A stretch of DNA of 63,863 nt, the filler included, from Reclinomonas americana ATCC 50394 (Eukaryota), in NCBI GenBank assembly GCA_048213135.1. It is 17 parts of 17 records of this genome, joined end to end, with 100 filler letters (N's around TTAATTAATTAA, not from the genome) between each part and the next. Parts side by side here need not be neighbours in the genome. Positions count along the whole stretch, not along the records: positions 11,669 to 15,627 come from AFZH01021238.1; positions 15,728 to 18,349 come from AFZH01021239.1; positions 18,450 to 19,718 come from AFZH01021240.1; positions 19,819 to 26,911 come from AFZH01021241.1; 13 more parts are not named here. One strand, 5' to 3'. The position numbers were made by a program, and so were the translations under genes. Positions 11,670 to 25,990 of this stretch are shown here, piece after piece; within the stretch, counting starts at the first letter, position 1, and every line of letters begins with the position of its first letter. The notes beneath the pieces are model-generated. The model ran no database searches. It saw only the letters and a list, made by a program, of their open reading frames with translations, and was not told the origin of the DNA.

Positions 11670-14600
11670 TGCCTCACTTGCTCATGGCCGCACTGCGATC
11701 GATTCGCCGGCCTTTCCCATTCTGTGCCGCCTGTACGGCCACGCCACCACGCAGAGGGATGCCAGTGCGCCGATACTCGTCGTACAGACGCGTCAGTGTC
11801 TCTGGCAGCTTGCAGATCGCCAACGCGCGTGTTGGTTGTTGTCCTGGTGATGCTGCTGCCGCTGCGGTTTCTCCGGCCCCTGGGGGAGTCGTCGGCGAGG
11901 TTGAGGCGGAGGCGTCCGCGGCCGGTGGAGCACGCGGGGCCACGACAAGCGGTGTTGGACCTCTGGGAGACCGCCGCTTCGCTGGTGATAGATTGCGAGG
12001 GGACGGTGGCGGTGTTGGTGGCGGTGAGCCGGCTGTCGGCGACCCTGAACGCACCGAGACCGCAACAGCAGCAGCGACTGGTGGCTTCGACGGACGAGAG
12101 TCGGGAACAGCGCTGGATGTGGCCTCCACTGCTGCTGTTGGTGGTGGTGGTGGTGGCGGTGGTGGAGTTGGTGAAGGTGGCGGTGGTACACGCGATGGAG
12201 GAGGTGGAGGAGGTGGAGGAGGAGGAGGTGGAGGAGGTGGAGGAGGGGGCGGAGGGGGAGTCTGCGTCGCCTGCCGCTTAACGGCAACATGCGACGCCGA
12301 CGCTGCAGGCTGCAGCACGCTTGCTGCTGGTGTTGCTGTTGCTGTTGTTGTCGTCGTCGTTGTCGTTGTCATTGGCACTGGAGACGGATTTCGCGAGGGT
12401 GTGGGCGAGGGTGTTGCAACGGACGGCGCTCCGTCGCTAACAGCCCGCATCACCGACACTGTCGAGAACCACGTCACCGACCTGCACACCCAGCATGAGC
12501 ATTTTCTGCACAAAAGAACAACATTCGACGGCATCCGCGTACGCAACACAACCGAGTCCTCGATAATCTGCCCCTCAAGAGCCGTCGCTGCAGCTTTCGC
12601 GTCGGCCTCAACGTCGAACTTTAGGATCACGGATTGACTCTCATGTCCCTGCACTGGATTTCTCAGCCATGTTGCCTGGTGGCTCCCGAACGTCGCCAGC
12701 TGCTTTTGCAGCTGAGCTTGGGCATCGACCGAGAGCGCAATACCCGTCACCAGCAGCACCAGTTGTGGCGGAAGGGCAAGGGGCTGCGATTGCTCAATGA
12801 GCGGAGGAGAGGGCGGAGGAGAAGGTGCACCGTCTTCTGCTCGAAAATCTCCAACCGCTCTCTCAACTCAGTGCAAAACACTCCTGGAAAAGAATACATC
12901 TCTCCGCTCATACAAAAAGGCACTCCCGCACTTACCGTGTTGGGCGGTGGCTTGCTCGCATTGTACACAGGGCTGTTTGTCGCGGGCACCATGTCAGGCG
13001 CCACCGTCGCATCACGCCTAGCACACGACACGATCACGCAACGTTGGACGTCCATTGATGACAATGACATTGAGGAGCTTTGCGTATGCAGCCGACGCGG
13101 CGGCCGTGGTGGCAAATTTGAGAGACGCATATTGCAGCGGCGAGCCAATGATCTGCGGCGGAGTGTTGGCCACGACGCACAACAGCAGGATTCATGCTGT
13201 GTGACACAACTTCTGCCGACACACACGTGATGCCTGTGGCTTCCTTCAACAGATTCAAATCCACCGTGCCCGTGGTGAACCAGCCAAATGACACGAATTC
13301 AGACTGTATGCGAGGGGCAAGTGAGTCAGGCGGAAAGACGACACACGTCTACTCTTCGGTGATATCGTACCGGCTTCAGATTCAACGTTCCTGGTCTCTT
13401 TCGCGGATCTCGCGGTCTGGTTTGCGTGCCAGCAATGTGAGTGAGCGATTTATGATGATGAGGGCGACAACATGGGCGTCACGCAACTCTGGCAAAGTTG
13501 GAGATGGTGCGGATACGAAAGTGCTGCACATAGATCACGGAATGTAAGGGCGAAGAAAGAGGGCGATGTGCCTCGCGTGCGCGCAACGGTGGTACTGCAG
13601 CTGCTGGAAACACGCTGCTGGATACAAACTCACAGTGAGAGAAGGGACGTGACGAGGAGAGCAACAGTGCACAGACAGACCTTGGTGTCGCAGTTGGTGG
13701 CGTGGTACGACTGCAGAACAGTTAGTTGGAGGGGCGATCAGCACGACACACGCATCACTGTGCACGTACGCAACGGTTGTCCTGCGCCGGGAGTCGCGAC
13801 CGGCCTGCGCGACACTCCAGCAATGTCAGTTCCATGCAAAGAAGGCAACAGGAAAGGGGCGAGTGACGCACGTTGCTGCCGGCAAGTGCCTGGGAAGACT
13901 GCATTGGTGGCGTCGATAAGCATCGAGGTGAACAGAAGAGAATGTCTCGATACTCACCTCAGCATGGCGTGCGGAGGACGAGGTGCGACACTGAGGGGTG
14001 GCTGCGGAGGAGGAACGCTGCATGGAGAACAATGGTATCTCTCTCAGCAATGCGACGCGGCGAAGTCGGAATGACAATGCCACTCACACATGATTCAGCG
14101 GTAGAGGATTCACCAGCACTCCACCACTGCGCATCGACCATGTTAGCAAAACACTGACCACGCTCACTCACTCCCTCTTCAGCAAGCACTACTCACCCCC
14201 TGCCAAATGGGCCCGGTGGCCTTCCGCCAGCCCTGCGTCACCCCCGAGCGATGAATCACACAGAAACGACAAGGATACGAAACAACTGAAGCACTCACTC
14301 CGCAGCCGGAGGCACGGTCCGAGGTAGCTTCTCAGCAGCGATGGGATTACCTCGACCACTGCATGTCGCGCAACACCAAAGTCACATAGAGGGCATGGAG
14401 TGAGCAATCAAAAAACATCAAGAGAGAAGGAAAAAGATCGGAAAAACACTCACTCCGCAACCGGAGGTGCGGTCCGAGGTGGTTTGTCGGCAGCAGTGGA
14501 ATTGGCTCGACCACTACATGGCACGCAACACCAAAGTCAGACATAGGGCATGGAGTGAGTAATTTGTAAAACACTCACCTGCATGAGATCAGCAACCATC

Positions 14601-15625
14601 AATATTAACACGCGGAAAGAGTCAGGCAATGCACGACATGCACGGAGTCGAGAATTACTACGCAACGCGGCTGGTCGTGGAGGAGGTCTGCACACGTGAT
14701 ACAATGAGTCAGACATCTGCGATGAGATGTAGATATTGTGCAAAGACGCACCCGGTTGCGGTAGGCACTGACGACTTGAAGAGTTCTCTGCGTGGACAAA
14801 ACACACGCGTTTGTAAGACACGGGGGAAAACAGTGCATCACAACAAATGGTCGAATGCGCACCTTGCCATGGTGCTGCTTACTGCGCGACAAAAAACAAA
14901 AAAGACCAACCCCCGTTCATTGAGTACAACGAGGCACAGACATTACACGTGGAGTAATCAACGTCGCCGATCACCTTGTTTCGTGAAAGGCGGCGTCGGA
15001 TTGCTACCCAAGAAAGAGGCACTTGGCGGCTGCGGTGGAGGCGGTGGTGGTTGTAACAGCGATCGGGTGAGCGCGGATTGACCAGGAGGCGGTGGTGCGC
15101 CATGCAGGCCTAAGCCCGACATGGTGGGCTGCGAGGAGAACAACACCAGTGAGTGACACAGCCACGCGTTGACTGCTATGGAGCAAGCAAATTTGTACCG
15201 AAGAAGCGGCAGCAGCAGCAGCGGCAGCGGCAGCAGCAGCGGCGGCGGCGGCACTGGCATTAATCAACTGCGTCCGGGGGCAACACTGGTTAGACCTCAC
15301 ACGCTGTCTCACACCATGCACCCACATTGCACACGCAACAACAGCCGGTGAATCCGGTTCCGTGGACGGCACCAACAGTGGAACTGGCCGGACTGCTTTG
15401 ATCAACCGCAATGGTGCTTTCAGGCTCAATCCAACTGCTGCAGAGGGTTTCACCGGTGCAGAAGAAGCAGCAGCAGCAGCAGCCGCGGTGGAAGTGGTGG
15501 TGCTGGAGGTTGTCGATTTAGTTGTCGTGCTCCGTTTGCTGTCGCTCTTGACAGCAGGAGCAGAGCGGCCGGATGCTGGCAGTTGCGCATTGGAAACACC
15601 GCGAGCGGTTTTGTCGCGACACTCG
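11670..15625 (-). CDS. Multi-exon low-complexity/Pro-rich region with an RRM-like domain; C-terminal extension of the helicase or a separate gene
   Basis: LLVTGIALSVDAQAQLQKQLATFG...VILKFDVEADAKAAATALEG is RRM-like. Poly-Pro tract and several GT-AG-bounded exons. Confidence 0.45.
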
Positions 15626-15736
15626 GGNNNNNNNNNNNNNNNNNNNNNNNNNNNNNNNNNNNNNNNNNNNNTTAATTAATTAANNNNNNNNNNNNNNNNN
15701 NNNNNNNNNNNNNNNNNNNNNNNNNNNCCCCCTTCC

Positions 15737-15779
<43 letters not shown>

Positions 15780-15858
15780 CTCTCGCTCTCTCGCTCTCTA
15801 TCGCCAATCCTCCCCCCATATCACGCAACATGAATTTCTCTCCTGACAAAACCCGAGG

Positions 15859-18800
15859 AACTTGTTCCACGTCTCGTCTCCCCTCAGTGCCTGCTGGCAA
15901 CCGACCACCCACACGCAGAGTCGCGCACGAGTGAGCATCACATTCAGTCGCCGGTGATCGCGGAGGAAGTCCATGGTGCCTGCGTTGAGGCCAGTGTGAG
16001 AAAGGGGAAGCGATTACTTCAGCTCAATTTCGACGCACCTCCCGTGCGCACACACGAGACGATAATGATGTCCTTTTCACGACCTTGAAATCCATCCTGT
16101 GTGGTGTACAATGAGTAATCGAGTGACAACTGAACGCGCTTTCTTGTTACTGCACACGCAACAACAGTGTTGATATCCAGATCGCTTCGGCGCTGCGAGT
16201 TGCGGCGCAGACGATCACGCAATGCGCCGACTTGTGCACGGTACGGAGTGATGACGCCAACTGACACGTTGGCAAGATTGGGGTCCACGTCCCGGAGATT
16301 CTCCAGCAGCCTCACCAGCTGATCCACGAAATCGACTTCTCGGTCATTGCGCAGAGAATGCAGATCTGGAGAGGGATTTGTGAGGAGCAGAACAACAGGA
16401 TAGAAAATGAATACAGAGGCGACAATCACCAGATCCGGCACGCCCGTATTCGTGCCTCGTGCCCGCGAGGTCGTAAAACACCACTGGACCACAGTACCGC
16501 GACTCGTACAACGAACTGCAGGTGACGGTGAGTGAGCTCTTCTTGCGCAACAAACCAGCACACAAACACACGAGCGTGCAAACCATCGAAGGTTCTGCGC
16601 CTCGATGCTGTCCTCCAACAGATGATCGTATGTCAACTCGTTGGCCAGCGCACAAATGGTGGGATGCATGCGGTATTGAGTGCGAAGCATGCTCCGTGTC
16701 ACGGCTACACGACGAAGATTGCAGCGCGTGAGACGGGATCGCAGAGAGAGAGAAGATTGATGAGAGGAGACGCAACTATTGGACGGCGTGCGACACCTCA
16801 GCAATCGCTCCATCAACGAGCGAGCATACGGAATCTCTTCGCCGCTGTACTGAGCGAGAATGGTGGCCGGCAACTGCTTCGGATCACCGACCTGTAGAGA
16901 CACCAAGTCAGCAAACTGCACTCACAGCTGCGCACGACAGTTGGAAAACAGGACGCACCAGAATGCACTTGGAGCACCCGTAGCGGAGCGGGATGAGTGC
17001 AGAAGGCTCCACGCATTGCGCGGCCTCATCGATAACCACAGTCGGGAAGCGCTGCGCATCACCACACCTGCACACACACATTGTCAACGATTAAAGCGGG
17101 CATCTCCGTCGAAACCGTGTCTCTCATGCGACGCAACATGTTGCGCAGCATGGCACTGGCGCTGAGTGTGCACACCACAATGTCGGCTCGCGCAACAATC
17201 CTCTGTCGAAGGTGCTCCCGCTCGGCCATTGGACGCATCGCCTTGGACTGTTACGCGAGTGAGGGGAGTGATGAATGGAAACTTAGTCAGCAGAGGAACG
17301 CACATCCTTGGAGCCATTTTGCAACTCTGCAACAATGACACCGTAAACACGCTGGTAAATGATCGAGAAAGAGGGGCACGGAACAACAAACCCAGTTCGA
17401 CTTTCTTGTCAATGTGACAACTCTGAACAATTTCCTCTTCTTCGGCGCTCCGAGTGCCCGTCCGTCGTCCACCGCTTCCCACGCGGACCATGCTGCGATG
17501 ATGCACAATATGGTCAGCGACCACTCGTGTTCCTCATTCTTCTTCTCTCACGAACCTGAAGTTGCCCGGCAACTGTGGAGTCGGCCGTGCAGCAATGTCG
17601 ACAAACAGGCGGTGCATGCGAATAAGCAACTCCTCTGCCGCCACATTGGAGGGCGCACACAGCAGGATTGGCGGGTGCTGGCGATCACGCTGCTCCATTC
17701 TTGCCAATGCTGCGAAAGGAGGAGAAGAGACACGGAGAGCGGAAAGAGAGGGGAAAGAGAGGGGAGGAGAGGGAAAGAGAGGGAAAGAGGGGAAAGAGGG
17801 GGTGTGTGAGCATCGAGCTTGCAAACACGGTGCTTTAGGGGTCTCACCTCGCTCCGACAACAACGCCTCCATGATACCAATCACAGTGCGCGTCTTGCCG
17901 GTTCCCGGTGGGCCTTCCACCAACACGATTCTGCACGGCGAGGGACGGTTACGAAGGCAAGGCATATGTGGAAGAACCAACTTCAGGGTGGTACGCACCC
18001 ACGTCGGCAAGCCACGACCTCCGAAATCGCTTGCAGCTGATACTTGTTCAAGTCGTTCTTCAGCGGCCGCCACTTGCTCGCCGCTCGATAGGAGGGCAGT
18101 GTCGACGTTCCGTCCGACGATACGGCCGGATTGAGAATGCTCTTGAACACCTTGCACTCCAGCATGTGCTCTCTCAGCAGCAGGACGCTCTCGTACTCGC
18201 GGCGCACTGATGTGAGACTGCAGAGTCGTTGGACACTGCAAGGTGGGGGGAAAAGGTAAGAGGGGGGAGAGAGGGGAAAGAGGGGGAAAGAGGGGAAAAG
18301 AGGGGGAAAGAGGGGAAAGAGGGGAAAGAGGGGAAAGAGGGGAAAGAGGNNNNNNNNNNNNNNNNNNNNNNNNNNNNNNNNNNNNNNNNNNNNTTAATTA
18401 ATTAANNNNNNNNNNNNNNNNNNNNNNNNNNNNNNNNNNNNNNNNNNNNGGAAGGAGGGGGAAGGAGGGGGAAGGAGGGGGAAGGAGGGGGAAGGAGGGG
18501 GAAGGAGGGGGAAGGAGGGGGAAGGAGGGGGAAGGAGGGGGAAGGAGGGGGAAGGAGGGGGAGGGAGGACACCTTATCTGCACATGTCTCTCTTTCTTTC
18601 AAGATTCGCGAAGTTGTTGTTTTTGACCTCTTGAAAGCGCAGAGTGAGAAAAAGAGAAGGAAAGAGAGAGAAGGATGAAGGGAATGAGACGTAAGAATGG
18701 ATGCAAGTAAAAAGAGAGATCGAGCAGTCAACTGCCGATCGCTTCTCAACGCACCCCATCTTGCAAAGCATGCGAATTTGCGACTGAGCATCACGATTCC

Positions 18801-20534
18801 AGCGGGTGCGGATAGTGTAAGAGGTGCGTGGCGCACTGGTGCTCACACTGCAGTCTGGCAGTGAGACACCAAGCAATGTGAATCGAGAGAGAGACAGGCA
18901 AACGCAACCCCGGAATGTCCCTTCTCTCCATTTCAAAGGAGCGGCGCTGCACGAGCGAGGAGAGACATGCATGAGAGACGGGAGGGACGTACAGAAAAAT
19001 TCAAGCATAATGTCACCTCTTTCTTGTGTACAAAGCCCAGTTGTTGACTCCGCCCCTCGGCCGTCAGGAGCAACACTGCATCGTTTTCCTCCAGATCGAC
19101 GGCTGGATCATCTGTATTCGCGCGTGTTGGTTACCAACTCGTGTGCAGAACATGCACTCGCCAGTCTGTCGCCGTACTCTCACCTCCATCAACCTGCTCA
19201 TTGTACGACACCATTTCGAGATCAATTGAAGATGACCGACCCGACTCCAAATGCGTCGTCTGGTGGATGGTCATAACGTGCGTTCCTGTGGGAGATGCGC
19301 AAGTATCAGCAGTCGGGGGGATTAGTGACCGCGACAGGCGTGGGACGCACGTCGTTGAGTGCTCTCCTCCAGTGCACTGTCAATGGCCACCTCGGTCTCG
19401 CGCCGCACGTAGGGCTGGAAGGCCTCGATGTATTCGGCGTCGTTGGTGAAGACGTCTGGGATGGGAGTGGCTTCTTCGGAGCGGCGCTGCAGGGAGAAGG
19501 AAAGGGGAGAGAATGAGGGGAAAGAAGGGGAAGAGGGTAAAGAGGGAAAGGAGGGGGAAGGATGAGAAGGATGGGAAGGATGGGAAGGAGGGGAAGGAGG
19601 GGAAGGAAGGGAAGGAGGGGAAGGAGGGGAAGGAGGGGAAGGAGGGGAAGGAGGGGAAGGAGGGGAAGGAGGGAAGAGGGAAGGAGGGAAGAGGGAAGAG
19701 GGAAGAGGGAAGAGGGAANNNNNNNNNNNNNNNNNNNNNNNNNNNNNNNNNNNNNNNNNNNNTTAATTAATTAANNNNNNNNNNNNNNNNNNNNNNNNNN
19801 NNNNNNNNNNNNNNNNNNGGGAAGGAGGGGAAGGAGGGGAAGGAGGGGAAGGAGGGGAAGGAGGGAAAGACAGGGGAGAAGAAGGAGAAGAGCGAAGGAG
19901 AAGGAAGAAACAAAAAAGAAGAAGAAAATAGCGAGTGCATGGAAGGAGGGAGGGAACGAGGGTGCATGAAGGAGAAAGTGAGTGATAACCGGAAAAACAA
20001 CAGAAAACAAGAATAAGAAGAAATGTGGAAAAATGGAGAAAGTGAAAGACCGAGCGAAAGAGGAGGATGTCACAAGTGAATCACAAAGCTGTAGGTGGTG
20101 CGCTGTGTTGCGCGTCTGCAGATTCTACGTGCCTGTCTCTCTCTCTCTCTCACACACACTCTCTCACTCCCAATCTCCAAATCGTGCACACGCACTCTGT
20201 CATCAAGGAACACACACACACTTCCTGTCAATCACTGTCTCTCTTTTTTCGTTCCACAAACCGATCGACTCTCCTGCACCTCCTCCTTGGGAGGCGGGCG
20301 ATAACCCCACACCAATTTCATGAACTTGTTCTCCACTTGCTCCGAAGTCAACTGCAGTCGCGCAACAGTCAGCCGACGGAGAGGAGTGCACAAGCTGCAA
20401 CACAACAAGCGCACCCTCTTTGCCCGCGACGGCACCCTCGTGGCAGCCGCATTTCCCAGAGTCGACTTGCGCGGCTTGCTGGACGACCCTGATGCCTGCT
20501 CCACAGTTCCTGCCTTTTGCTGCAGTCTCGCCAC
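15859..20534 (-). CDS. SETX: Sen1/senataxin-like UPF1-family SF1 helicase core (multi-exon)
   Basis: IPDVFTNDAEYIEAFQPYVRRE; LVEGPPGTGKT; ILLCAPSNVA; VVIDEAAQCVEPSALIPL; VGDPKQLPAT; LRTQYRMHP; VGVITPYRAQV; NTVDGFQGREKD; FLRDHRRLNVMLTRAR. Confidence 0.85.
18449..18562. repeat. (GGAAGGAGGG)n purine-rich simple repeat in an intron
   Basis: Perfect 10-mer repeat beside a gap. Similar tracts at 18270-18349 and 19585-19865. Confidence 0.9.
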
Positions 20535-23008
20535 CAGCGCACTCTGTGTGCATCAGTGAGTACGGTTATGAAGAGAAATGGAAGAGACCATGGATTGCGA
20601 AACAGTGGGCGTGGCTGGTTGAGGTGGTCGGAGAGGAGGGAGTGGCGATCCGGGAATAACATCGACAACCGGCTGCGTAGCGCAACTTGCCGTGAGTAAC
20701 TCACAAAAGAACACAAACCGCGATGTACGTAACAGTGTCAGAGAACTGGAACGGGTCTGCGGGTAGTCGCATGACGATTGCACTTCCCGATGCGCCGCTG
20801 TCTTCCACCACTCCGGATTGCTGCAACAATGTCAGTGGTGTGACAATGAGGTGGTGCGCAATCATACACTGATACGCACCGCGCCCTGCACGATCACCAC
20901 GCGAGGAAGATCGTCCGGGAATTCAGGCAACTGTTTCACACTCTTGATGTTCCTCGCTGCGAAAAGGCGAGCGTCAGCATATAAAGGGAAAGTGATAGAG
21001 AGGAAGGGAAGGGAGAGCAATAGGGGAAGAGACGAGGGATACGAAAAGAAAGGGGGAAAAGAGGCGAAGGAGAGGACACGGACAAAGGAAACTTGACAAG
21101 TGAGTGGACAGTAAATTAAGAGAATGAGAGGGAGGGGAGGAGAAGGAGAGGCGAAGGCGATAAAGAAGAGAAGTAGGAGAAAACACGAAAACAAGAAAAC
21201 GAGAAGAAGACAAGGAGTAATGCAATGAGAAGTTGAGGAGCAGAGAACAAGAAGAGAAGTAGGAAACGGAGAGAACAAAGAGAAAAGAAGGCGAGAAGGA
21301 GAGGAGAACGAGAGACAATTCTGAGAAAACGGAGGAATGACACATCAGCGGAGAGGAGTCAAGAAGAGAGAAGTAAATCAGCCTCGCACACACACCTTCC
21401 GACTCTGGCGGCAGAACGGCAGACACTCGCAGAACATTTCCCAGTTCCGACACTGCGAATGCAATGTAGGTGAGAAATGGTTGTTCACAATGAGGGTCGC
21501 AATACCCACTCACCCGCAATCTCCACATCATCGTCTCTCAACTGGCTGAACCGAATGATTTTCACCACGTCTCGCACATGCTTGCTCAATTTGCCCACCG
21601 ACTGCTCCAGCAACTGTTCCACTGCTCGCCGTGCATCGGCACCCATCATGGCCGTGTGACTGATCTCACTGTTGGTTCACGCAAGTTAGCAGAGGTTTCA
21701 AGTGATCACACAGAGAGAGGGGGAGAGGGAGGGAGAGGGAGAGAGGGGAGAGAGACAGAGTGAGAAACTGAGAGACAGAGAGTGAATGAGAGACAGAGAC
21801 AGAAGAGACAGAGCCAAAGCCAGAGCCAGAGAGACACATAGACCGAGACAGGGGGTGAAAGTGACAGTGAGAGAGAGAGAGAGAGAGAAAGTGAGTGACT
21901 GCGTGCGTGCGCATGTGTGACTGCGTGCGCGCGTGTTCCGTGTGTCTCTCTTACTCACACAGAAACGGAACTTTACAACTGCAGCCACATCCACCTGCAG
22001 CATCTGAGCAAACGGGCGGACGAAATGCAGCTCCGACAACAGCAATCTTGGAAGCAGCGGTTGCACTGTGGACAGAGATAAGAGGCGAGATACACACGCA
22101 CGTCACCAATATACGCACCAGAATTCAGGTCCTGGTTGCTGACAACGAATTCGGCCCAAAATGAGGAGAGGATGACGGGCTTGTCGCCCGATAGGGAAGA
22201 GCCGGCTTCGTCGTCATCAGCCAGTGCCACCATTAGATCCCGACATCGTCTGCGCAAGGGGAAGAGAAGAAGGAAATGCATCAACAAAATAATCAGAGAC
22301 AAAGACACACTGCAGTCTCTACTCCAGGCACTCCTTCATGCACAACTACCCATAAAGACATGCGCTTTTTCTCATCACAGAGAGAGACCAGGCAAAAACA
22401 CACTGGAGTCACTTATCCTGACACTCCCCCATGTACAGATACGTATTGAGAGACGTTTTTCTCATCACTGAGACAGTCCAGACAACGACACTAATCCAGG
22501 CACTCTCTCATGCACAGATACTCAGAAAGGCGTGTTGTTTTTCTCATCACAGAGAGTCCAGACAACAAAGACTCACTGGATACGACAACCAGGCACTTTT
22601 ACATCGAGAGGCATGCGTGCGAGAGCACAGGGCGGGTGAAACCCCCGAGTGACGCAACTTGGCATCCAAATACATGTGATTCGACAGCACCTGGACCACC
22701 GTCGCCCGCTGCTCATCGTCGAATGCCATCGAGTCGGCGGCCAGCAAACGCATCAGCGGACTGTTGCTGCGGACAACGGCCTTGAGCACATTGGAGATTT
22801 CCGGCAGCAGCATTCCTTCGGTGGATGGCGACAGTAGATTGATGCTCATCATGGAGAGCGTGCGGATGCCTTCGTACAGCAGCTCGCTGCGTGCGGCGGC
22901 TTGCTCGGCGTCCGATGTGTACTCGACGACCGAGCGGTACCATTGGAGAGCGGTGATCATGTGCTTGCAGTCTGCGGAAAGGGAGGAAGAGAGAAGGGTG
23001 GGAATGAC

Positions 23009-23045
<37 letters not shown>

Positions 23046-25990
23046 TAAGACAAGAGAGAAACCACAGAGAGAGAGAGGGAGAGTGAAAGAAGAGTAGAAA
23101 AGAGAGAAACCACACAGAGAGAGAGAGAGGCAAGAGAATTAAGACAATCAAAGCTTGCGCGATTATGGTGCAATGCTTGACCCCGTCACACCTTGACAGA
23201 AACACAAGGAGGGATACAAGAGTGGAAAATGGCTCAGAAAATGGACTGCGTGTGAAGGCCAGAAGAGAGAGGAACAGAGAAAGATAAAAGCGGAAGAGAC
23301 GAGACGGAACCGTGGATTACTCAGGCAAAGATAAAGAAAGAGACGAGACTAATCAGTATACATCCAAGGACACACAAACCCCCAGACAAATGCGAGAAGC
23401 GACAAGACAAACGGAGGGCACACATCCAACTCACCGGCGACCGACTCCAAGCAGCGCACCACAATCCACCACAACCGCAAGCACGCGCGTTGGAGCGTCA
23501 AGTTTTCGGTCACCCACACCCGGCACAAGGCCTCTAGCGTGCTCAACGTGAGCGAGAAGCACTCGGCCACCGACAGCGGTCCCTCCGCATCCCGACCGAT
23601 CAGTCTGCCGACTTTGAGCGCTTGCACCACGGAGGCAATGTCGGCGTCGGCAGACTGGAGACAGCCGTCGAGCACAGAGGCGAGAAAGACGGTGCGATCG
23701 CCGGCTGCTCCCCTGTCCGAGTCGGCACTCCGCGTCAGCTCGTTGAGCAGGTGCAGGAGGAAGCGGGAGGTGACGGAGGCGCGCATGGCCTCCTCGCGAA
23801 GGCACTGGCTGAGGAGGTCGGCGGTGTCACGAGAGGCTGCAATTAGAGGGGAAGGGGGAGAAAAAGGGAAGGGTGCAGGTGAGAGAGAGTGAATCGCAAG
23901 ACGTGGATGCCAGTGAGGCAGAAGAGCATGAAGTGGAGACACATGTGAAATATAGATGAGAAGAACAACAAGAGTGGATGCAGGGCAGAAGAGCGAGTAC
24001 TCCCTTACGAGGGAGTCCCGGAAGTATGGAGTGGAGACAAAGATGAATCTCAAAAGAGTGGGTCAACAGACGTGGCTGCCAGTGAGACTCGAGAGCGACA
24101 ACTCAGTCCTCAAAGCATGAAGCGGAGACAGGTACAATTAGACGAGAAGAACAACTTGAGTGGATGCAGGGGCAGGCGAGTGAATACACCTCACAAGGGA
24201 GTCCTCAAGGCACGAAGCGGGGACGCGGGCAAAAATTTAGATGAGAAGATCAACAAGGGCGGAAACAGTGCAGCAGATGAGTGAATACACCTCAAGAGGG
24301 AGTCCACGAGGCATGGAAAGTAGATAAAGGTGAGATTCAAAAGCGAGGATCAACGAGTGTGGAAGCCAGTGCAGCAAATGAGTGAATACACCTCACGAGG
24401 GAGTCCAAAACGAACGAAGTGGAGATAAAGGTGAATTTCAAAAGAAAGGACCAACATACGTATGGCAGCAACGATCGCGAGACCGTGACGGCGCCTGACC
24501 GCGGCGATGCGCACATACGTACCTTCATCACCCTGCGATAACCTGTACGCCAAGTCCTCGTTCGAATGCCGATGCTCAATCGCCTGCTCCGTGACACCGA
24601 GCAGGACGCGGAACAGCACACCGCTGCGTGCGCGCTGGAAGAGCACAAGCAGCTGCTGCTCTAACACTGACGCATCGTCGGTGAAATACGCCGGCAGCGG
24701 AGTGCTTTCGCCAGACGGGTTCACCAAGCGGCCTGCAGTGAATGAGTGATGTGATGGCGGACATAGCAGGGAGCGCGACAGAAGGAGCGAAACGCACCAA
24801 GAACACTCTCGATCAACACAGCGTATCTGGAACGGCAGATGCTCTCTCGCCTGCCACCCCACGACAGCTCTTCCGTGCACAGCGACTGCAGGAAATCGGC
24901 CGCAAATGATCTGTGAAGCAGCTGATGGTGATCATGGAGTTTCATGTACAAACAGCTCTCGTCTCGCCCGTCACCAATCTCTTGCCAGTTCCAGGTTTCC
25001 CCGCTCTCTCTCTCTCTCTCTCAGTCTCTCTCTTTCTCTCTGTCTCTCTCTCTCTCGCGACTGTGCCCATTCCCCCCCTCGACCGCTCTTCTTTCCCTCA
25101 GCCTAACCCCCATCTTACTCGCGATTCTACACACCGATAACGCTCGTCCTGGTGAAACAATAGGTGACAGGCGCCGATATGCAGCAGCTCTTGTGTTGCC
25201 GGTGAAAGAGAATCAGTGCGACTGGCCAGCTCGAGGAAGAGGGCGGAGGACTGCGAATAATAGAGTGAGGATGCGAGGTGGAGAAGAGTGTGACGGAGAG
25301 GCCGCTCACACCTTGGAAAACAACGCCAACAGCGCAGCAGAGTGCTGGGGCGTGGAAGTGGGAGCGAGAGCATCTGGCCAGCCGACACTCAATGTCAGGA
25401 ACGAGGTGATGGCCTCGGGGTCCGAGGCATTGCTGCATTCGTATTTGGTGAGAGGCACACATAAAAAGTCCCTCACGATGAACAAGAGACGCACCAGAGT
25501 TGAGCGAGCTCCACGGCGCGCTCGCGCAACGCCCGCGACACAAATGGCAGCACCGTAGACATGCTCTCGATCTCGGCGCCATTGGCATGCTCGCACTCGC
25601 GCACTTCCTGCTCGTGGCGCACGAGAAACAGATGCCGAGCCTCCCACAACCCGAGAACGGCCGTCGCCAGTCTGCGCCGCGTCAATAAGGGACGGGAGAG
25701 GAGGAAGGAGAGGGGCACTGGCGCAACTCGTCGGGATGGCGCAGTCGTCGAATGACCTTGCTGACAAACCCGGAACGGAGCTTGGTGACTCGGACTGCGG
25801 AGACACCTCAGTACACCAGAATTACTCTCATTTTTCGTCCCCTCTCGAAAACACGCAACGCAAGTAGTACACTGCCGCAAAGCAGGCAGGTGGCACCGTG
25901 GTGACGGTGAATCGAGGACCGCTGGATGATGGGTGGTGCTCCAGCAGCGCCAGCAGGTGTTGCAAGAGGCGTGTGGCACTCAGGGAGATG
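20535..25990 (-). CDS. Alpha-helical exons, probably the N-terminal (Sen1-N/HEAT-like) part of the helicase gene
   Basis: Leu-rich GT-AG-bounded exons on the same strand leading into the helicase exons (e.g. MITALQWYRSVVEY..., DLLSQCLREEAMR...). No clear motif. Confidence 0.45.
23990..24450. repeat. Intronic degenerate ~100-nt tandem repeat
   Basis: gagtgaatacacctcacaagggagtcc-type unit at ~23995, 24178, 24279 and 24380. Confidence 0.7.
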
